Positions 58,584 through 64,000 of a stretch of DNA of 64,000 nt are shown piece by piece. Made by a program: the position numbers and the translations under genes. This DNA comes from an uncultured archaeon (GTDB lineage Archaea; Nanobdellota; Nanobdellia; Woesearchaeales; CAIVOO01): the NCBI GenBank assembly GCA_903904885.1, contig CAIVED010000044.1, positions 5,579 through 69,578 of the forward strand. Direction: 5' to 3'. The first letter of the stretch is position 1, and each line of letters begins with the position of its first letter. The notes below the pieces were generated by a model, which saw only the letters and a program-made list of their open reading frames with translations, was not told the DNA's origin and searched no databases.

Positions 58584-58716
58584 CCGTTTTCTGGGCAATT
58601 CTTAATTCAGATTGCTACTCTCGATGTTTGCCTTGATTGCCAGAATTGCCTAACTTTTCTCGCTGCGCTCAAAAAGTAATATCTTATTTCTTGCATGGCA
58701 CTCAGGCAGAGGAAGC
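58584..58716. repeat. Dispersed palindromic element, copy 3 (right arm truncated)
   Basis: CCGTTTTCTGGGCA...TGCCTTGATTGCCAG...TTCTTGCATGGCACTCAGGCAG shared with copy 2. Confidence 0.82.
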
Positions 58717-58779
58717 CTGCGGAAGGACAATGTTTATAAAGCGCGGTTGCTCTTTATTGCTCAGGTTTGGGGGGTGTGA

Positions 58780-61143
58780 ATGGCGGGTAAACAGGGAAAC
58801 TTAAAGTGGGTATTCCTTATTTTTCTGGCTTTGGCACTGGTTTCCATAGCGGCCATAGCGCTTAATGAGTCCGATAATAACACAGATAATTTTAGTGTTG
58901 ACCTGAATGACAGTTTGGTTTTAGGCAACAGTTCAAACGAGACAGTTCTTAACTTAACAAATAGTAGCGAAATAGTTGCGGGTAATGCCACTAATGATTC
59001 CGTGGTGAGTAGTGAGACAAACCAAACTGAAGTAACCATTCCTGAGGCAAATGCTATTGTGCCTTCTAGTTGTGTTCCTGATGTTTCTTTCTCTTCGGAA
59101 GATCTTGAGAAGAAGGGGGATACCGCCACATTTGGGAAGGATGGCATTTCCATTGTTCTTAGGGGCGCTGGTTCTTCAAGTGTTAAGTTTCCTGAGTTTA
59201 AAAATAACATTTTTACGGTTGATGTTGTGGTTGCCAATGCTACAATTAGCATTCCCCGCTGCGGGGCTTCTTCGGTGATGATTCAGCCGAGGCTTTATGT
59301 GCGGGAGAATGGGAAAGATTTTGTTTTGGCCAGGCCTCGTTGTTCCGGTTCTTTTTGCTTTAATGATGTTAAGGTTACGGCTACTAGTTATGTTTTTAGT
59401 GTTGAGCATTTTAGTGATTATTATGTTAATGATTCCGGGGGGAATTTTTCTTCTGTTGAGGCCTGTTTTGATGCTATAAACAATACTGCGGATAGGTGTG
59501 TTTTGGCGGTTTCTAATTACTCCGAGACTTTTTCTTCTTCAAAAAATTATTATTTTTCTGTTTCTGCTTTGTCGTTGAATGACCAGGAGAATATCACCTT
59601 GGATTTTAGTAGTTCCGTGATGGTTCTGCCTTCGGGTGTTTATTTTGCTGATGCTACGGCTGGCAATAATGTTTTGAAAAATGTTGAGGTTAGTGGTGGT
59701 AATGGGTTTTATACAAATGCAGGTTCAGGTTCCAAGGAGAATTTGACATTTTCAGGAATAAGTGTTCATGATTGTAATTGGGGGGTTTTCAGCGATTCAA
59801 CGTCTGCGGGTCATATCTGGGTTAGCGATAGCGAATTTAACTGCTCTGAGTATAACATTAACCCTTATACACAGCTTACTCTGGTGAATGTTACCAGCAG
59901 GATTGGGAATGTAACTTCCTGGGGGGGCTCGTACATTGATGGCCTAAAACTTTATGATGGTTCTGTCCTTGTTCTTACTAATTATAATGGTTTCCCAATA
60001 GACAACCTTACAATAAAGAATACTAATTTTACAGGTTCAACCTTTGTGATTGCTGTTCCTTCAGTCAGTAACTTCACACTGGCTGACAGCTTTTTTGATG
60101 GGATAACAGCAGCTCATGCGATAAGTTTAACCAGCTACAATGATGAGGGTTATGGTATTTGGTATAATTTTGAAAATATTGTTATAGAGAATAATACGTT
60201 CCGTAACTGCGGAGCGTTGTCGTTTTCAGACCATTATCTTGTTGGTGATTCTGCCTATGGCTACGGAGGCAATAGTTTCAATGGTGCTCCGCCCATGCTG
60301 TTAAACTCAGGCCTTTCATCGTACATAGTAATAGATCAGAATGGCAAGGATGTTACAGACAAGGTTACTGGACAGAACAATTTTTCGCTATGGTTGATAA
60401 ATCTCCCTGCGTTAGGGGTGTCCAATGCTTCTTTGTATGTTGAGCAGCCTAATGGCATGAGTTGTGCGGATGTTGCAGCTTATTATGGTGGAACTTGTTA
60501 TCTTGATGAGCAGGACTTCCTGCAAGCTAATGGTCCGGGACAGGACTATTCTGTTAAGAACGTAACCGGCTTGTCTATTATTCAGGGAGCAGACCCTGCA
60601 TTCCTGAATTACAACAACCAAACCAGCTATGATTCAACGCCAATCTTCCTTTTCAATACGAGCAATGTTAACATCACGGGCAATATGTTTGTCAATAATT
60701 CTGCACCTGTGGTGATTAATGGGACTGGTACGAATTTGTGGCTTAATCATTTTCTGGATTTTTCTCCTGTTAACTTCTCGGAGTACAATGCTTGTGTAAA
60801 TGGTTCAGGTAATTATTATGCGGATGGTTTGGCTCCTTTGGCTGGTGATTGCTCTGCGAGTATTGATGTTTTTAATCTGTCAAGGCTTTACGGCAGTTCG
60901 CTTTACAGCGTTTTTGAGTTCATGGTTAAGACTTTCAGCAATGATTCTGTTTCGTGGCTTTTTGCTCCTGGTGCCGGCCAAGATAATGTAACTTCTGGTC
61001 TTGGTTTGCCTCTGAATTCCGGCGAGACTGTTTTTGTTTATGTTGAGAAGAATTATACCTCTGTAGGAAATTATACTGTGGTGGCCTATGCCAATGGTAG
61101 TTCAGGGAGCGACCAGGAAAGCGTCGGGGTTGAGGTAGGATGA
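58780..61143 (+). CDS. Large secreted protein, probable parallel beta-helix, PKD-like C-terminus
   Basis: Signal or TM, VEHFS motif, Asn-rich I.NNTF.N repeats, NYTSVGNYTV. Confidence 0.75.
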   Translation: MAGKQGNLKWVFLIFLALALVSIAAIALNESDNNTDNFSVDLNDSLVLGNSSNETVLNLTNSSEIVAGNATNDSVVSSETNQTEVTIPEANAIVPSSCVPDVSFSSEDLEKKGDTATFGKDGISIVLRGAGSSSVKFPEFKNNIFTVDVVVANATISIPRCGASSVMIQPRLYVRENGKDFVLARPRCSGSFCFNDVKVTATSYVFSVEHFSDYYVNDSGGNFSSVEACFDAINNTADRCVLAVSNYSETFSSSKNYYFSVSALSLNDQENITLDFSSSVMVLPSGVYFADATAGNNVLKNVEVSGGNGFYTNAGSGSKENLTFSGISVHDCNWGVFSDSTSAGHIWVSDSEFNCSEYNINPYTQLTLVNVTSRIGNVTSWGGSYIDGLKLYDGSVLVLTNYNGFPIDNLTIKNTNFTGSTFVIAVPSVSNFTLADSFFDGITAAHAISLTSYNDEGYGIWYNFENIVIENNTFRNCGALSFSDHYLVGDSAYGYGGNSFNGAPPMLLNSGLSSYIVIDQNGKDVTDKVTGQNNFSLWLINLPALGVSNASLYVEQPNGMSCADVAAYYGGTCYLDEQDFLQANGPGQDYSVKNVTGLSIIQGADPAFLNYNNQTSYDSTPIFLFNTSNVNITGNMFVNNSAPVVINGTGTNLWLNHFLDFSPVNFSEYNACVNGSGNYYADGLAPLAGDCSASIDVFNLSRLYGSSLYSVFEFMVKTFSNDSVSWLFAPGAGQDNVTSGLGLPLNSGETVFVYVEKNYTSVGNYTVVAYANGSSGSDQESVGVEVG

Positions 61144-62294
61144 ATAAGGCCGCGTTTTGGGTTTTGGTGTTTTTAGCTAGTTTTGCGGTGGTTAGCGCTG
61201 TGAGTATTGTTTATACTGATGATTATGTGACGAATTCAACAACAAGTGATGGGATTGTGTATATTGGGGGTCATATGAATGTTAGTTTGACAGGTGTCGA
61301 GGCTGGAACAGATACTGTTTGCTGGGATTGGAATGGGGATAACATTTATACTGTTTGTTTTGCTGAGAATCAGACAAAGCTTAGTAACTGCATTACTGCT
61401 TTTCCTGATGTTGGGAAAATTTGTACAACCTATGGTTGTGGCAATACTGGGTTGAATAATCCCCAGGTTATGCAGACTGTGGATGAATATGGAGATGGAG
61501 CAGGTGATGGTTATGTGAATGTCAGATATTACAAAAACTGCAATCTTGCTGCGAAAATAGCTATTAATGCCTCTCCTGCATGGTGTGTTATGATCCAGCC
61601 TAGGCAGTATCGGTGCATTGGCAATACAAGTTATTCTGATAGTGGGCATTACCGCCACTGGTTTACAAGAGCGGACCTTTGGCAAACCTTTTATTCTAAT
61701 TTAAGTTGTCCTGTCGGGCAGTTTTGCAACAGGAGCCTTGATGAAGTTTATGCTCAGTATTCTTATTCAGGCACGGTTGCTCCTTCTCCTCCTTGCTCTT
61801 CAAGCTGCGGGAATAACATATGTGAGCAGTGGGAAAATGCTTCAACCTGTCTTGTTGATTGCAGGCCTTTTTTTAATATAACTAAAGTTAGTATTGTCAA
61901 AGCCGGGACTTTCTGCAGGGGGCAGAATGTGACTTTTAGGGTAAACGGGACAAATCTGGGTTACAGCGGTATTTCCTATGTTGGTGGGGCTTTGAAGTAT
62001 CCTAATGGCTCGTTTTGCAATACGGAGTTCAAGGGCATTAATCTTACATCCGGTCAGAATGGAAGTGTATATCTTAACTGGACAGTTCCAGTGAATGTTA
62101 CTGCTGGAAAGTATTATTTTAATACTGCATGCTCATGGAACAATTGCACGAGCAAGGGGATAACAAACGGCTGCTATAATGATGGTGGGTGCAATGGCAG
62201 CCAGTCAACATACATAATATCAACAGTAAGCTATGATGTAATTGCATGCCCTAAAATAAACGTAACACCCGGATATCTGGTGTATGAGATATGA
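61140..62294 (+). CDS. Secreted Cys-rich protein
   Basis: Signal peptide, CGNNICEQWENASTCLVDC repeat, Ig-like C-terminal part. Confidence 0.75.
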   Translation: MNKAAFWVLVFLASFAVVSAVSIVYTDDYVTNSTTSDGIVYIGGHMNVSLTGVEAGTDTVCWDWNGDNIYTVCFAENQTKLSNCITAFPDVGKICTTYGCGNTGLNNPQVMQTVDEYGDGAGDGYVNVRYYKNCNLAAKIAINASPAWCVMIQPRQYRCIGNTSYSDSGHYRHWFTRADLWQTFYSNLSCPVGQFCNRSLDEVYAQYSYSGTVAPSPPCSSSCGNNICEQWENASTCLVDCRPFFNITKVSIVKAGTFCRGQNVTFRVNGTNLGYSGISYVGGALKYPNGSFCNTEFKGINLTSGQNGSVYLNWTVPVNVTAGKYYFNTACSWNNCTSKGITNGCYNDGGCNGSQSTYIISTVSYDVIACPKINVTPGYLVYEI

Positions 62295-62310
62295 GCAGAG
62301 GTAAAGAAAA

Positions 62311-63033
62311 ATGAAAAAAATAATATTAATCTTAACAATGATGGTTGCTTTAACATTTATTATTGGTTGCAATCAGAAAATAGAGCAGCCCAAAGAATTA
62401 CCGCAGGAGGACGGGTTTCTAGTCAAGAATTTCGATGGAACATACAATTTAAGCTTTGATGATGTAGAAGAAGTTGTGGTGGAGTTATATGCTGAACTTC
62501 CTACGTATCTACCAGTATACGCAAAATTTGAAGTGATTAAATATAACAAAGAGTATTTAATTAGGGATATCAGGTTGGAACAATACATTAAAGAGGAATA
62601 TAACACAAGCAATAAGATTTTAAATTCTAGTTATATAAACGATATGAACCGAGGGTTAAATAATCTAAATTTCAGTGAGTATGCCGCAGTCTGTGATGAA
62701 GACTCTGAGAAAGCTTCGGATAAATATTTTCTTGAAAAAATATTCATAAAGGGTATGAAAAATGGAAAAGAGAAAAATTTAACACTAGAATCTTATTCCG
62801 TATGTTATGGTTTTTTTCCATGGAATATTTTCTATGATAAATACATTTTTACAAACTTTGGCAATATTATCCCAAACACGATAATAAAAGTTATCGATAT
62901 TGCCGTTCCAGACATTAGAGAACGAGATAGAAGCTATATCACAATGTATTCCTGGAATGGAAAAGAAAAAGTAGAATTTAATGAATCAAATATCTACTTT
63001 ATAAACAAAGAAAAGACGTGGAGTAGTGAATAA
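62311..63033 (+). CDS. AT-rich lipoprotein
   Basis: IIGC lipobox; GAGGT SD. Confidence 0.75.
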   Translation: MKKIILILTMMVALTFIIGCNQKIEQPKELPQEDGFLVKNFDGTYNLSFDDVEEVVVELYAELPTYLPVYAKFEVIKYNKEYLIRDIRLEQYIKEEYNTSNKILNSSYINDMNRGLNNLNFSEYAAVCDEDSEKASDKYFLEKIFIKGMKNGKEKNLTLESYSVCYGFFPWNIFYDKYIFTNFGNIIPNTIIKVIDIAVPDIRERDRSYITMYSWNGKEKVEFNESNIYFINKEKTWSSE

Positions 63034-63052
63034 AAATTATGTTAATCATATC

Positions 63053-64000
63053 ATGAGCAAGCTAATAAAATTTAGGAGTGTGTATCTTACTTTAATAATG
63101 TTTATCTTATTATCTTGTATAGCTTTAGCTAGCCCCCAAATTACAGTCAATCAATCATTTGTTAAACTTAAAGAATATTCCTCAGAGTCAGATAGTTTTA
63201 TTATATATGCAAATAATTTTAACCCAAATGAGAATATAACACTTAAAATCACAATTGATGGCAATGATATAGTAAATGATTTAGGTAATATTTTCTTCAC
63301 TATATATACTGATGCGAATGGGAGCGGACAAGCTACATTTAAACCAAAGTTAGATTCTTATGCTGGAAGAGTTAATATTAATATAACTTCTCCAGCAGAG
63401 TATTCTAAGTATTCACTGAGAACCAAAGACACGGATGAATCGGCAGGATTAACAATAGAAAGAGTCAAAAGGCAATCAAGAACTGTTAACGGACATGCTG
63501 TTAATTTTGATTTATATTACACCAATCAAAGCATAGAATATGTTAACAATACTTATGGGCAAGGTGATCTTGTTGATGTAAATGAAATATTGATTGCAGC
63601 TGCAGACTCTTATGTTCAACAAGCAGGAACTTGGGGGTTTAACAAACATCTTGGAACAGATTATGACCCGGACAATACCATACAAATTTATGCTAATGAT
63701 GGTAAACATTATTATCATAAAGAAGCCCTCTATAAAGGGATTTTCTTACAAGGGTACCCTGGAACTTTACAAAACTCCTATCAGAGAATAATTAATAACT
63801 ACCCCTTGAATTTAAAATATCAAAATTATTATGTTAGTGAAGCGGTTCATGTTGGCCATGAACATTTTCATTTTATAGAGTATTCTTATAGTAGTCAGAA
63901 AGACATACCTAAGTGGGATTATGTCAAAGGGGGTTGGTATTTTGAGGGCATGGCAAGGTTTATTGAAACGATAATTGACCCTTCAGGAACTAATCAGCCA
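63053..64000 (+). CDS. Secreted gluzincin-type metalloprotease, partial (not in ORF track)
   Basis: Manual translation is open to the window end: signal peptide, ...VGHEHFHFIEY...WYFEGMARFIE. Confidence 0.8.
   Translation, partial: MSKLIKFRSVYLTLIMFILLSCIALASPQITVNQSFVKLKEYSSESDSFIIYANNFNPNENITLKITIDGNDIVNDLGNIFFTIYTDANGSGQATFKPKLDSYAGRVNINITSPAEYSKYSLRTKDTDESAGLTIERVKRQSRTVNGHAVNFDLYYTNQSIEYVNNTYGQGDLVDVNEILIAAADSYVQQAGTWGFNKHLGTDYDPDNTIQIYANDGKHYYHKEALYKGIFLQGYPGTLQNSYQRIINNYPLNLKYQNYYVSEAVHVGHEHFHFIEYSYSSQKDIPKWDYVKGGWYFEGMARFIETIIDPSGTNQP

Noticed and set aside
11086-58716. CRISPR interpretation of the 39-nt loops
   Set aside because: Flanks are inverted rather than tandem direct repeats, the loops resemble each other, and no cas genes are present.
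1-64000. Numerous antisense and alternative-frame ORFs, and upstream TTG/GTG extensions in the track
   Set aside because: They shadow well-supported genes; starts were reassigned using TATA spacing, SD motifs and gene overlaps.

Overview
Chromosomal segment of an archaeon, most likely a Woesearchaeota-like member of DPANN (inferred from archaeal ribosomal, RNAP, SRP and RNase P genes, TATA/BRE promoters with many leaderless genes, a bacterial-type gyrA and leuS core, and many short orphans). Housekeeping content: scpB, gyrA, rnpB, Sec61beta, NAC, minD, the S13-S4-S11-rpoD-tRNA-Leu(GAG, BHB intron)-L18e-L13-S9-rpoN operon, leuS, SRP RNA, trpS, HerA- and NurA-like genes, several RNA methyltransferases, topA, a minimal pyruvate kinase and an FTR/thioredoxin/rubredoxin trio. 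A compositionally distinct island of secreted proteins runs off the right end. No CRISPR, rRNA, integrase or transposase was seen. The most interesting signals are non-coding. (1) Three copies of a ~170-bp element built from two inverted arms, each a covarying 9-bp stem around an exactly 39-nt loop. (2) Three single-gene insertions flanked by 27-65 bp duplications of host sequence (rnpB 3' end, rps13 promoter, U32 peptidase 5' end) with no recombinase in view. (3) Small palindromic insertions, one in-frame in a signal peptide and one abutting the tRNA. leuS also carries an in-frame Nudix domain. All calls come from reading the sequence by eye; no searches or folding programs were run.
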